A stretch of 24,000 nt of DNA from Candidatus Micrarchaeaceae archaeon (GCA_027310825.1 DAIDAC010000001.1:108695-132694); one strand, 5' to 3'; shown: positions 13,172-21,631, counted from the stretch's first letter. Translations and numbers: made by a program. Notes: generated by a model from the letters alone, not told the origin.

Positions 13172-14172
13172 TATATCCCGCTAGTTCGGTTTTTGCCGCC
13201 GATGTGCACCTTCGCGTGCGAAAGTATGAATCTTGTAAGGTTCATCGCTGAGCTCAGGTTTCCATAGATGATCTGTTCCTGGCCCGCCGTGTATGTATTG
13301 TTGCCAACAACGTTGAGTTCACTCTGTGCGCTGCTTATGTAGTTCTCCACCGCAGTTATGTTCTGCTGGCTCGTGACGTTCGGATAGTTCTGCAGCCTGC
13401 TGAATGCGACATCGAACACAGAAAGCGCTATCTTTACCTCGAAATGGTAGTTGTAGCCGTTTGCGCAGTCATTATACAGGCAGTACTGGCCGAGCGCGGA
13501 GTGGACCGCACTTGCGTTCTTTGCGTTGGTGATCGCTGTTTGCAGCGGATTTATGACGCTGGTGTTGGCGCCATTGAGCACCTGGGTTATTTGAGAGACG
13601 TCTATACCCCTGTTAGATGCATTGGCCGCTATCCGGCCATAGTGCAACACTGTCGATTTATAATCGCCAAGTTTCGCGTTGGCAAAGTTCTGTATTGTGG
13701 TGAATTCGCAATTACTGAGCGTAACAAGCGTTGTGTTGTATTGTGACCTTATGAGTGCTATGGTATTCGATGGCAGGTTCGCTGATTTCAGCGTAAGGGT
13801 TATGTTCTTCGACGCGCTGTTGAATTGAGGATTGAACGTCCCGGCAAGGTACATCCTGAAGTTAGTGGCGTTGTCGGCCTGTACGTAGTTGCCCAACTGC
13901 GAGTAATCATTGGTTATTACGGCAGTCTGGGCGTTTAGTGCAGTAAGGTTCGGGTCATCGGACAGTATCTGTGTTACCATAGATGTCGTGAAATTGACCC
14001 TGCAGCCAGCATAGGCGTAAGCCGCGTTCAGGGACTGCTGTGATACCTGAATCGTAAATGCCGAGAGCGATGCGCTGCTTGGCAATTGGGCATAGGAGAT
14101 ACCGCCGATTAGCAGCATAACAAATATGCTCAGAATTGAAGCTTTTGAGAATGCAGAATTATTCAATCGCAC
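13171..14172 (-). CDS. Secreted or surface protein with signal peptide and many N-glycosylation sequons
   Basis: 333 aa. The N-terminus MRLNNSAFSKASILSIFVMLLIGGISYAQ looks like a signal peptide. I count about 16 N-x-S/T sequons (NFT, NLT, NAT, NIT, NTT, NAS, NTS, NAS, NVT, NIT, NNT, NLS, NLT, NRT...). There are four Cys. The protein is rich in Asn/Gln/Ser/Thr/Ala. No family recognised. Confidence 0.7.
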   Translation of the reverse strand: MRLNNSAFSKASILSIFVMLLIGGISYAQLPSSASLSAFTIQVSQQSLNAAYAYAGCRVNFTTSMVTQILSDDPNLTALNAQTAVITNDYSQLGNYVQADNATNFRMYLAGTFNPQFNSASKNITLTLKSANLPSNTIALIRSQYNTTLVTLSNCEFTTIQNFANAKLGDYKSTVLHYGRIAANASNRGIDVSQITQVLNGANTSVINPLQTAITNAKNASAVHSALGQYCLYNDCANGYNYHFEVKIALSVFDVAFSRLQNYPNVTSQQNITAVENYISSAQSELNVVGNNTYTAGQEQIIYGNLSSAMNLTRFILSHAKVHIGGKNRTSGI

Positions 14173-14197
14173 ACCGAAGCGTTTTATGGATGGAAAG

Positions 14198-15280
14198 TCA
14201 ACTCTTTAAACCTTCTGCGATTAGCAGGGTGAGAAGGCCTTCGCTGTCTGAAAAACTGCTGTGCGATGACGCCTTCCTTATTCTATTCATTATAGCGAGG
14301 CCTATTCCATTCTCGTCAAAAGCTTCTATGATTCCAAGTTTCACTTTGAAGGAATCCAGCATTATCAGGCTGTCATAAAGATTCTTTGCGATCTTGAACG
14401 GCTCACTTCTCTTTCCGAGGTCGATTGTGCTGCAGCCCAGTTCCTCAGAAGCCAATTTGCACGACTCGGATGAACCAATGAAGACGAAGTGAGGCATATT
14501 CTCGATTTGCGCTATCGTGTCAAGCATCTCGCCTATTTTTCCTTCGAACAGAAATAGCAGAGTGTCGGGAGCATAGTGTGCGTACTTTGTTCCCGGGCTT
14601 ATCGCAATCTCTTCGCTTTGCTTCCCTTTTGTTGTCTTTGTTATAGTCGGTTCCTTTCCGAACACTTTCTTCAATTCCTCTTGAGTGAATGGGCCTGGAC
14701 GAAGTAGAGTGAATGTCCTGAGATCCAGAATCGTCGACTCTATCCCGAAGAATGCTTCATCAGAATCAATTATGCAGTCGACTTTTCCGCCAAAATATTT
14801 TATGCACTGACTTCCGCTTGTTGCTGTCGGCTTTTTCGACGGGTTTGCGCTAGGCGCAGCGATCGGCACGCCTGCTTCTTTGATCAGAGAGAGGGCAACA
14901 GGATGCGCTGGCATTCGGATCGCTATCGTGTCAAGCCCAGCAGTCACCTCTTTTGGAAACTTTGCTTTGGCCTTGACTATAAAAGTTATTGGAGACGGCC
15001 ATAGCTTCTTTATTGTATCGATATATTGTGATGGAATCTCGGCGATTTCTTCTGCCTGTTCGAGCGAACACACCGTTACAATAAGTGGATTATCAGAGGG
15101 CCGGCCTTTCGCCTTGAAAATATTTGCACAGGCTTTCGCATCGAATGCATTAGCGCCTATCCCGTAAACGGTTTCTGTAGGAAACACGACAATGCCGCCG
15201 CTTTTTACAATGCGAGCAGCCTCTTTTATTCTCGATTGCTGCGGCTCAACCGTGTCTATCTTGAGTATTTTCGTGTCCAT
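14198..15280 (-). CDS. sua5: L-threonylcarbamoyladenylate synthase, Sua5-type (YrdC domain plus C-terminal Sua5 domain), for t6A37 tRNA modification
   Basis: 360 aa. The YrdC signature is GGIVVFPTETVYGIGANAFDAKACANIFKAKGRPSDNPLIV, then ...IAIRMPAHPVALSLI...PIAAPSANPSKKPTAT...STILD. The extra ~140-aa C-terminal domain is as in Sua5. Confidence 0.92.
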   Translation of the reverse strand: MDTKILKIDTVEPQQSRIKEAARIVKSGGIVVFPTETVYGIGANAFDAKACANIFKAKGRPSDNPLIVTVCSLEQAEEIAEIPSQYIDTIKKLWPSPITFIVKAKAKFPKEVTAGLDTIAIRMPAHPVALSLIKEAGVPIAAPSANPSKKPTATSGSQCIKYFGGKVDCIIDSDEAFFGIESTILDLRTFTLLRPGPFTQEELKKVFGKEPTITKTTKGKQSEEIAISPGTKYAHYAPDTLLFLFEGKIGEMLDTIAQIENMPHFVFIGSSESCKLASEELGCSTIDLGKRSEPFKIAKNLYDSLIMLDSFKVKLGIIEAFDENGIGLAIMNRIRKASSHSSFSDSEGLLTLLIAEGLKS

Positions 15281-15291
15281 TGTCCCACTGA

Positions 15292-16356
15292 CTACTGCGG
15301 AGGTTGTGGTGTTTGCGTGGAAGGAGGAGTTTGTGGATTGTCTCTGCCTTTCTTTATTGCGTAGTTCTCCATCTTTATTGCACGGCCCCCAAGTGCTGCA
15401 AATCTCTTGTTCGCATCGTTGTAGTTTATCTTTGTTATGTGTTCGCTTCTCTTTGTTATTATGTTGAACGGCGGGATCTTGTAAGCAATCCTGTCGTCCA
15501 TCAGTATTCGTTCGTGCTGCTCGACTGCGTCTTTGTCGTCCATGACCCGTATCTCTACGCCGATTGATGGTCCAAGCTGTGCCCTGAAGTCTGAAACGCT
15601 CTCGTTGAACTTCGAGTCAAGCATTTCCTTGCTCGTCAGCACAGATATCTTTGTGAAGTTGCTAACGCTGTTCTCTATTAATCTGTGAAGGTTGGCAAGC
15701 GCAACAGAGTTGAAGTGTTTGTCCACTATTTTAAGATGGCCGGACATGTTTGAGAAAAGCTGGTCTTGAAGATTGATCACGTTTGAGAATGGTGTGTCTG
15801 GGTTTATCGCGATGGTGTGCTTCATCTGCGGCTGCCTTCCTTCGGAAGGCTTCCTTATGATATACTGCATGTATGCATCCCCGGCAAGCGATATGGCTAT
15901 GCCAGCATATGGGAAGAACAGGTAGTTGCTGTCCAGATTCGTGTAGAAATCCGAGAGCAGAACGAACAGAAGAAGCAAGAACATGACCACCAATGCCGCG
16001 TGCAGCAGCGAGTATTTCTTTATTGTCTCGCTTGTTTTCTCTGTCCTTCTGATGAAGAACATGAATGAAACTATCATGGCCCCAAACGCGACCAGGAACA
16101 TGGCGTAGCTTTCCAATATGCCCTGATGTATCAGGCCGATGTTCAGCGCTGCCTGCTGGACAAGCGGCGCAAGAGGGACGTTCCCTGTGTAAGAGCTCTG
16201 TATTATCGCCCCTATCCCTATCCCATACAGTATGGAAAGTGTCTTGACTATGTATATCGAGCTGACCACAAGAATGAATGCTCCGAGGTTGAGCGCAGCC
16301 ATGAACATTGCGTTCTTGCTCTTGTCCTCGTCAAACCTGTATTGCGCCATAAGCAA
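15292..16356 (-). CDS. Membrane protein (4-5 N-terminal TM helices) with a ~160-aa C-terminal soluble domain, possibly PLD-fold/MIT_C-like, and a Pro/Thr/Gln-rich tail
   Basis: 354 aa, with a TATA-like AGATATATTAAGG ~20 nt upstream. The hydrophobic segments lie within aa ~17-165. The C-terminal domain reads GHLKIVDKHFNSVALANLHRLIE...ISVLTSKE...GVEIRVMDDKDAVEQHERILMDDRIAYKIPPFNII and ends PQTPPSTQTPQPPQ. It lies 11 nt upstream of sua5, so it is probably co-transcribed. Confidence 0.7.
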   Translation of the reverse strand: MLMAQYRFDEDKSKNAMFMAALNLGAFILVVSSIYIVKTLSILYGIGIGAIIQSSYTGNVPLAPLVQQAALNIGLIHQGILESYAMFLVAFGAMIVSFMFFIRRTEKTSETIKKYSLLHAALVVMFLLLLFVLLSDFYTNLDSNYLFFPYAGIAISLAGDAYMQYIIRKPSEGRQPQMKHTIAINPDTPFSNVINLQDQLFSNMSGHLKIVDKHFNSVALANLHRLIENSVSNFTKISVLTSKEMLDSKFNESVSDFRAQLGPSIGVEIRVMDDKDAVEQHERILMDDRIAYKIPPFNIITKRSEHITKINYNDANKRFAALGGRAIKMENYAIKKGRDNPQTPPSTQTPQPPQ

Positions 16357-16429
16357 AACCTTAATATATCTAGTTCGCCGTAGCTATTAATTGATGTGGT
16401 AAGGCTAAAAACCATACCTGCAAAAACCG

Positions 16430-16957
16430 CTATCTTTTCTTTGATATTGCGGCTCCGGCTTTTAGAATACCGAGAACAATAGCGTAACTCGATGGAGGGT
16501 TTCCTTTCACTTTCACATCAACTGGAACAATCTCGTCAACCCTGCCTGATCTGAATACATAATCGCTGTCCTTGAATAAACCTCCGGTGCATGCCCCGTC
16601 TCCTACTGCCACCACCGCCTTTGGCCTCGGCATTGCAGCATATGTCTTCTCAAGTGCAGTCTTCATGTTTATTGAAACCGGGCCTGACGCAATCAACACG
16701 TCGGCATGCCGTGGAGATGCGACAAAGTGTATTCCGAATCGTTCGCAGTCAACCTGCGGGGCATTCGCAAGCCCTTCCTCTATCTCGACATCGTTTGATG
16801 AGCCGCAGTCTATCATTCTTACTGCTATTGACCTCGAAAACAGCGAGCGCGGCCGCTTTTTCAGAAATGCTGCAAGCTCACGGATCTGCTGCGACTCGGA
16901 ATCGACAGAGATTATGTCGGATTTCGGCTTTTCGAAAAATGCAAGGAATTCGCGCAT
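16430..16957 (-). CDS. NuoB/HycG/HyfI-like small subunit of a group 4 hydrogenase-related complex, with degenerate [4Fe-4S] ligands
   Basis: 175 aa. The core ERFGIHFVASPRHADVLIASGPVS...RPKAVVAVGDGACTGGLF...IVPVDVKVKGNPP aligns with HycG/NuoB as I recall them (ERFGI..V.SPRHADVLL.TG.V...PK..I..G.C..SGG.F...VPVDVYIPGCPP). The Cys positions are discussed in findings. Confidence 0.85.
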   Translation of the reverse strand: MREFLAFFEKPKSDIISVDSESQQIRELAAFLKKRPRSLFSRSIAVRMIDCGSSNDVEIEEGLANAPQVDCERFGIHFVASPRHADVLIASGPVSINMKTALEKTYAAMPRPKAVVAVGDGACTGGLFKDSDYVFRSGRVDEIVPVDVKVKGNPPSSYAIVLGILKAGAAISKKR

Positions 16958-16986
16958 GTTTACACCAGCTACATTAACTACATTAA

Positions 16987-18552
16987 TTACAGATCTGCAC
17001 CTGAATACGATAGATTGAAACTCTTGTTTATCAGTGGGAAGTCCGGAACTATATTTGTCATTACCGCCTTCTCAAGGGCTCTCCAGTTCCTGAACGATGA
17101 AGTCCTGATCAAAAGCACGTCGATTGTGCCGTTTTTCCCAGTCCTTAGGAAGAAGGTCGACGAGCCTCGCGCTGCCTCACAGATTCCGACGCCTATCAAT
17201 CCGCTTTTTGCATTTCGCAATTTGTTGTCGATGTTTGCAGAGATCGGGCCTTTCACCCTTTTCGCGATTTCCGCGTCTATGAGCCTGACCGATTCGCGGA
17301 TCTCGTTTATTTTGACCAGTAGACGCGACAGCACATCGCCGTTCTCTGCCATGTGTTCGATGACCTTATTCGTTTTGTATGCACCGTACGGCAGATGCTT
17401 TCTTGCGTCGCAGCTGACTCCTGCGGCGCGCGCTGCTGGGCCAACCAGCGATAGCTCCTTTGCTGCCTCTTTGCTTACCCTTCCGGCGAGGAAGACACGG
17501 TCCAGGAATGTAGACGATGTAAGCGCAAGGTCCTCTATTCTGGACAGCTCCTCTGATATCGATCTCATGTCGTTTACAAGCGCCGCAATCTCTTCGGCAG
17601 AGGCTGTTTCTTCTGCCCCTCCTATCGAAATGATGTTGCGCAGGAATCTATTGCTGAATACGCCTTCATTTAATCTCATTACTTCCTCTCTCAAAGCTGC
17701 AAACCTGGCGGACACTGCGTAGAAGCCGACATCCATCGCCATGCCGCCTATATCGGCCAGATGGCTGTAGATTCTTTCGAGCTCTAGCAGCAAAAGCCTC
17801 ACCGACTCTGCCCTCTTCGGCACAGCGATGCCGAGAGCCATCTCCACAGCCTGCGCATACGCGACAGAGTTCGCCACAGATTCGTCTCCGGATATCTGCT
17901 CGATGATCGGGAATGCCTTGTCGAGCGGCTTCCCAACCAGAATCTTTTCTATCCCTTTGTGCAGGTATGACAATCGCACCTCCATCTTGTTGATCTCTTC
18001 ACCGGTAACATGGAACCTGAAGTGGCCAGGTTCTATTATGCCTGCGTGCACAGGGCCTACCGGAATCTCGAACTCGCCTTCCTTCTCCGTCCCCCTGAAG
18101 GCGTAATCCGTTTTGTAGAGCTCCTTTTGTTTTTTGGGCAGCGATGCCGATACCTTCCCCTTCAGAAGATTGTAGCTTTCCGGATGTATGACGATGGGCC
18201 TTGTATCCGAAAGCCCGAAGAACCTGATTCCTGACGTCTCAGCCATTTTCCTTTCGTCCCACATCGCAGCCGGTATTTTTCCCGATATGGAGTAGAACTG
18301 CTTTGCATGCGACCACACTATTGCGATATTTTCCAGTTTTGGAACCCGAAAAAGGTATGCGACGGTCCAGTCTTTTCCATTGGAGCTCGGATATGCGAAT
18401 GCGGAATCGAACGCTCCTCCTTTGCCGATGCAGGCATCGCACGCATCTACGATAGCGATAGGATCAGTCTCGATCCAGATCAGCGCACCGTCAGCCGATA
18501 TGCCGGTTGAATTTTTCTTGATCGATTTGATGAAATCATTTGCTCCATTCAT
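16987..18552 (-). CDS. Fused NuoC-like / NuoD-HycE-HyfG-like large subunit of a group 4 hydrogenase-related complex, lacking the NiFe-binding cysteines
   Basis: 521 aa. The N-terminal ~140 aa are NuoC/30-kDa-like (DWTVAYLFR...WDERKMAETSGIRFFG). They are followed by the hallmark FEIPVGPVHAGIIEPGHFRFHVTGEEI...RLSYLHKGIEK of energy-converting hydrogenase large subunits. The start abuts the upstream stop (TAAATG). Confidence 0.9.
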   Translation of the reverse strand: MNGANDFIKSIKKNSTGISADGALIWIETDPIAIVDACDACIGKGGAFDSAFAYPSSNGKDWTVAYLFRVPKLENIAIVWSHAKQFYSISGKIPAAMWDERKMAETSGIRFFGLSDTRPIVIHPESYNLLKGKVSASLPKKQKELYKTDYAFRGTEKEGEFEIPVGPVHAGIIEPGHFRFHVTGEEINKMEVRLSYLHKGIEKILVGKPLDKAFPIIEQISGDESVANSVAYAQAVEMALGIAVPKRAESVRLLLLELERIYSHLADIGGMAMDVGFYAVSARFAALREEVMRLNEGVFSNRFLRNIISIGGAEETASAEEIAALVNDMRSISEELSRIEDLALTSSTFLDRVFLAGRVSKEAAKELSLVGPAARAAGVSCDARKHLPYGAYKTNKVIEHMAENGDVLSRLLVKINEIRESVRLIDAEIAKRVKGPISANIDNKLRNAKSGLIGVGICEAARGSSTFFLRTGKNGTIDVLLIRTSSFRNWRALEKAVMTNIVPDFPLINKSFNLSYSGADL

Positions 18553-20019
18553 TTAACCACCGAGCAGCACAGACGCTGCAGAACTTATCGCCCCGAACAA
18601 CAGCTGCGGCGCGATTATCCCCAGGAAGACTGCAAGCGCGAACAGGGCCCATACGCAAATCAATGTTACTCTGTTCGGCGAATATCTGTGCAGTGCTCCA
18701 GCCACCTTTCCATAAACTATCTGCGAAGATTTTAGCAGCAGAGTACCAAATGATATCGTGGCGAAGACGACCAGGAATGCCAATACGATGTAGTGCTGTC
18801 CAGCGAGCGCAGCAGCTATCAGTATTATTTCTGCTATGAATGTTCCGAACGGAAATCCGCCAGCAACTCCCATATTCGCGAGTATGAACGGCAAACCAAT
18901 CGACGGAATTGTCTGTGCAACTCCGCCCATGTATGAAATCTCCTTTGCGCCATATCCGTGATTTATAATGCCCCACATGAAAAATGCAAGAGGCTTGACC
19001 AATGAGTGGGATACGATGAGGAAGATCGCCGCGAAAACGCCGAGCGGACCGCCAACTCCGAGAGCGATTGCGATTATACCCATATTCTCGACGCTGGAAT
19101 ATGCCAGAAGACGCTTGTAGTTTTCCTGGTAGTAAAGCCTCAGCGATGCAAGTGCAAGGGAGAGAAGTCCGAATGCGATCAATAGCGTAGATATGAACGA
19201 ACCTATAGCAGGAACCTGCACCCCGACAGGGTACAATCTCAATATCCCATAAAGGGCGGTGTTGAGCAGCACTCCGGAAAGCAGGGCGCTGATAGGTGTC
19301 GGCGCCTGGCTGTGCGCATCTGGAAGCCATATGTGCAACGGCGCAAGGCCCATCTTTGTCCCGTAACCGACGATAACAAATGCTAACGCGATCTTGAGGA
19401 ACAGCACATTGATCTTCGATGCGTTTGCTATCACGTCCCACCATGCAAAGCTGGGCGCAACGCCGGCCTGCTGCATTCCGTATTCCAGTATTAGCAGTCC
19501 GACCAGCGCAAGGGTGATTCCGAGAGAGCACACTATGAAATATTTCCATGCAGCCTCGACGGACTCTTTCTTGTTGTAGAAGCTTATCAAGAATACAGAA
19601 GTAAGAGTCGTCGTCTCCATGAACACCCATATCATGAGCAGGTTGGATGCCATCGACACGAAAAGAACAGACGAGAGAAAGAGCAGCAGGAACGCGTTGT
19701 ATTTGCTGATCCTGTTGCGTTCGAACGTTCCTTCTGCAGCCTCTTCACGCATGTATCCACGAGAGTAGATTGCGGCGAAGAGCGCAACCACTATTGCAAT
19801 CGCCACGAACACCACGCTGAGCGAGTCGAGGTATAGATATCCGAAAAGCCCGGCGACAGGTGTCGTCGAAAGGTTCACCGGTGATACGGTCAATATGAGC
19901 GAGATTAGCGATGCCGCGATGCCAAGTATCGCAACAGTCTCGGCTGTATCGGGCCGCTTCTTCAGCAGTAGGCAGATGACCGAAGCGATCAATGGAAACA
20001 GGATAATCAATTCGATCAT
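18553..20019 (-). CDS. HyfF/NuoN/NuoM-like antiporter-type membrane subunit
   Basis: 488 aa and polytopic. It carries the Proton_antipo_M signature LAPLHIWLPDAHSQAPTPISALLSGVLLNTALYGILR and LLAYSSVENMGII. Confidence 0.88.
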   Translation of the reverse strand: MIELIILFPLIASVICLLLKKRPDTAETVAILGIAASLISLILTVSPVNLSTTPVAGLFGYLYLDSLSVVFVAIAIVVALFAAIYSRGYMREEAAEGTFERNRISKYNAFLLLFLSSVLFVSMASNLLMIWVFMETTTLTSVFLISFYNKKESVEAAWKYFIVCSLGITLALVGLLILEYGMQQAGVAPSFAWWDVIANASKINVLFLKIALAFVIVGYGTKMGLAPLHIWLPDAHSQAPTPISALLSGVLLNTALYGILRLYPVGVQVPAIGSFISTLLIAFGLLSLALASLRLYYQENYKRLLAYSSVENMGIIAIALGVGGPLGVFAAIFLIVSHSLVKPLAFFMWGIINHGYGAKEISYMGGVAQTIPSIGLPFILANMGVAGGFPFGTFIAEIILIAAALAGQHYIVLAFLVVFATISFGTLLLKSSQIVYGKVAGALHRYSPNRVTLICVWALFALAVFLGIIAPQLLFGAISSAASVLLGG

Positions 20020-20023
20020 GGTT

Positions 20024-21631
20024 TCACCTTTCTTCGGAAAGCTGGTTCATGCGCACCGTGTCAAGGCTCGCTATCACATTGTTTATTTTGAAGAACAGCA
20101 GCAGCGCCACTGCTACCAGTATTATGACGTCGAAGATCGAGACTATTTCTTCTATTATTGGGATTTGGATTGACAGCGCGATCGGAAACAGCACAAGCCC
20201 GTTCTCGAGGACCAGGAAGCCCATAAGCTGGAGCATCACATGGGTCTTTGTCGCCATTATCAGGCCGCCAATAAGTATTATCGAGAGCGCTATCGGGAAA
20301 AGAGGGTTGCCTATGCCAAGCACGTATGATACCGAATACGACAGGAATATCAGCAGTGTTGCAAGCACCAAACTACCGACAGTGCCCACGTGCGACCTAA
20401 GGAAAAGAGGATCGGCATCTAGAACAACCTTAGAATTGCCTGCAAGGCGCCTGAATGCTGCGTATATGAGATAGGGCAGAACCATTATCTTGAATATTAT
20501 TGTTGAGACAAGCTGCAGATAAGTTCCGGCGCCGCCGTCGCTGCTGAGCACAAACAGCAATATCAGCGCAAGAAGCATGCTCTGCAATATGAATATCTCA
20601 AGCCTCCTCATGAACGTCGCGCTGAACAGGAAGTAGATCGCCGATACTAGCATTGCGACTGAAAGAACAGCTACAGGACCTATCACCTGCGGACCGTTGA
20701 AAAATCTCACTATGACGGCGAGCAGAGACAGCACAAGTGAAAATGCGAGCAGCTTTGTCACCTTGAAGAGCCTGACCTTTGGAGATATGCTTTCTATTAT
20801 CGCAGTGGAAATCGCCAGCAGCAATATTCCGGCGAATGCCATCAAACCTGAAAACAGCACATTAGACGATGAGACAAATGCATTGATCGGCAAAAACAGG
20901 ACTACGAAAAGTCCGAAGAATACGACCATCTTCGACGCATTCGCCCATTCTATGAGCGCCAACATTGGCCCGGAATACTCAAGCACCATAGCTTCGTGCA
21001 CCATGGTTAGCTCCAGATGTGTTGAAGGGTTATCGAAGGGCAGTCTGCCTGTCTCCGCAAGTATTACTATGAAGAGCGCGCCCGCAGTCAGCCAGAACGC
21101 CGGAGAGGTTGCAGTCAACTGCCAATTGAGAGATGTGGTGGATGAAACTGATGCTATGCTGCCAAATCCATTGGAGAACGAGAAAAAGATTATTATAGCA
21201 AATATCACCGGTTCAAGGAGTGCGGAGTAGAATGCTTCCCTGCTGGCGCCGATTCCGCCGAACGCGCTCCCGGCATCGAGCGCTGCAAGATACATCATGA
21301 ATCTGCCTATTGCAAAAATGTAGACGAACAGTATCAGGTCGATGGCAACGAATGTCGACTGGAATATTATTGGGAGCACGGCAGCCGCTATTATTATAGA
21401 AGCGAACAGCACAGCAGGCGCTGCCATGAATATCCAGGAGGTGGTTGAACTGACTACAGTGCCTTTCATGAACAGTTTTGCGATGTCGAAGTACGGTTGT
21501 AGTATCGGCGCGCCTCTCCTGCTTTGGGAGCGTGCCTTGATTTTGTTCATCAATCCGATAATGAATGGCGATACCGCAAAGATCAGCAACGCCTGGATTA
21601 TTGAATAGATAATACCAATTTCAGAAAACAT
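20024..21631 (-). CDS. Fusion of a HyfC/HycD/NuoH-like subunit (N-terminal ~310 aa) with a HyfE-like subunit (C-terminal ~220 aa)
   Basis: 535 aa. The N-terminal part is SPFIIGLMNKIKARSQSRRGAPILQPYFDIAKLFMKG ... LDAGSAFGGIGASREA ... LPFDNPSTHLELTMVHEAMVLEYSG, matching the NuoH/HycD pattern (R.GP...Q...D..KL..K; PFD..EAE.EL..G...EYSG). The C-terminal part is KIMVLPYLIYAAFRRL ... LQLMGFLVLENGLVLFPIAL ... IFDVIILVAVALLLFFKI, matching E. coli HyfE as I recall it (KVLLVPLIMTYAARNI; IFGYCLMENGSHLVLALL). Confidence 0.85.
   Translation of the reverse strand: MFSEIGIIYSIIQALLIFAVSPFIIGLMNKIKARSQSRRGAPILQPYFDIAKLFMKGTVVSSTTSWIFMAAPAVLFASIIIAAAVLPIIFQSTFVAIDLILFVYIFAIGRFMMYLAALDAGSAFGGIGASREAFYSALLEPVIFAIIIFFSFSNGFGSIASVSSTTSLNWQLTATSPAFWLTAGALFIVILAETGRLPFDNPSTHLELTMVHEAMVLEYSGPMLALIEWANASKMVVFFGLFVVLFLPINAFVSSSNVLFSGLMAFAGILLLAISTAIIESISPKVRLFKVTKLLAFSLVLSLLAVIVRFFNGPQVIGPVAVLSVAMLVSAIYFLFSATFMRRLEIFILQSMLLALILLFVLSSDGGAGTYLQLVSTIIFKIMVLPYLIYAAFRRLAGNSKVVLDADPLFLRSHVGTVGSLVLATLLIFLSYSVSYVLGIGNPLFPIALSIILIGGLIMATKTHVMLQLMGFLVLENGLVLFPIALSIQIPIIEEIVSIFDVIILVAVALLLFFKINNVIASLDTVRMNQLSEER

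Noticed and set aside
18536-19630. 364-aa alternative-frame minus-strand ORF inside the HyfF-like gene
   Set aside because: Its translation is Arg/Cys/Ser-rich and low-complexity, with no membrane character. The overlapping frame (18553-20019) carries unmistakable antiporter-subunit motifs, so this is a shadow ORF.
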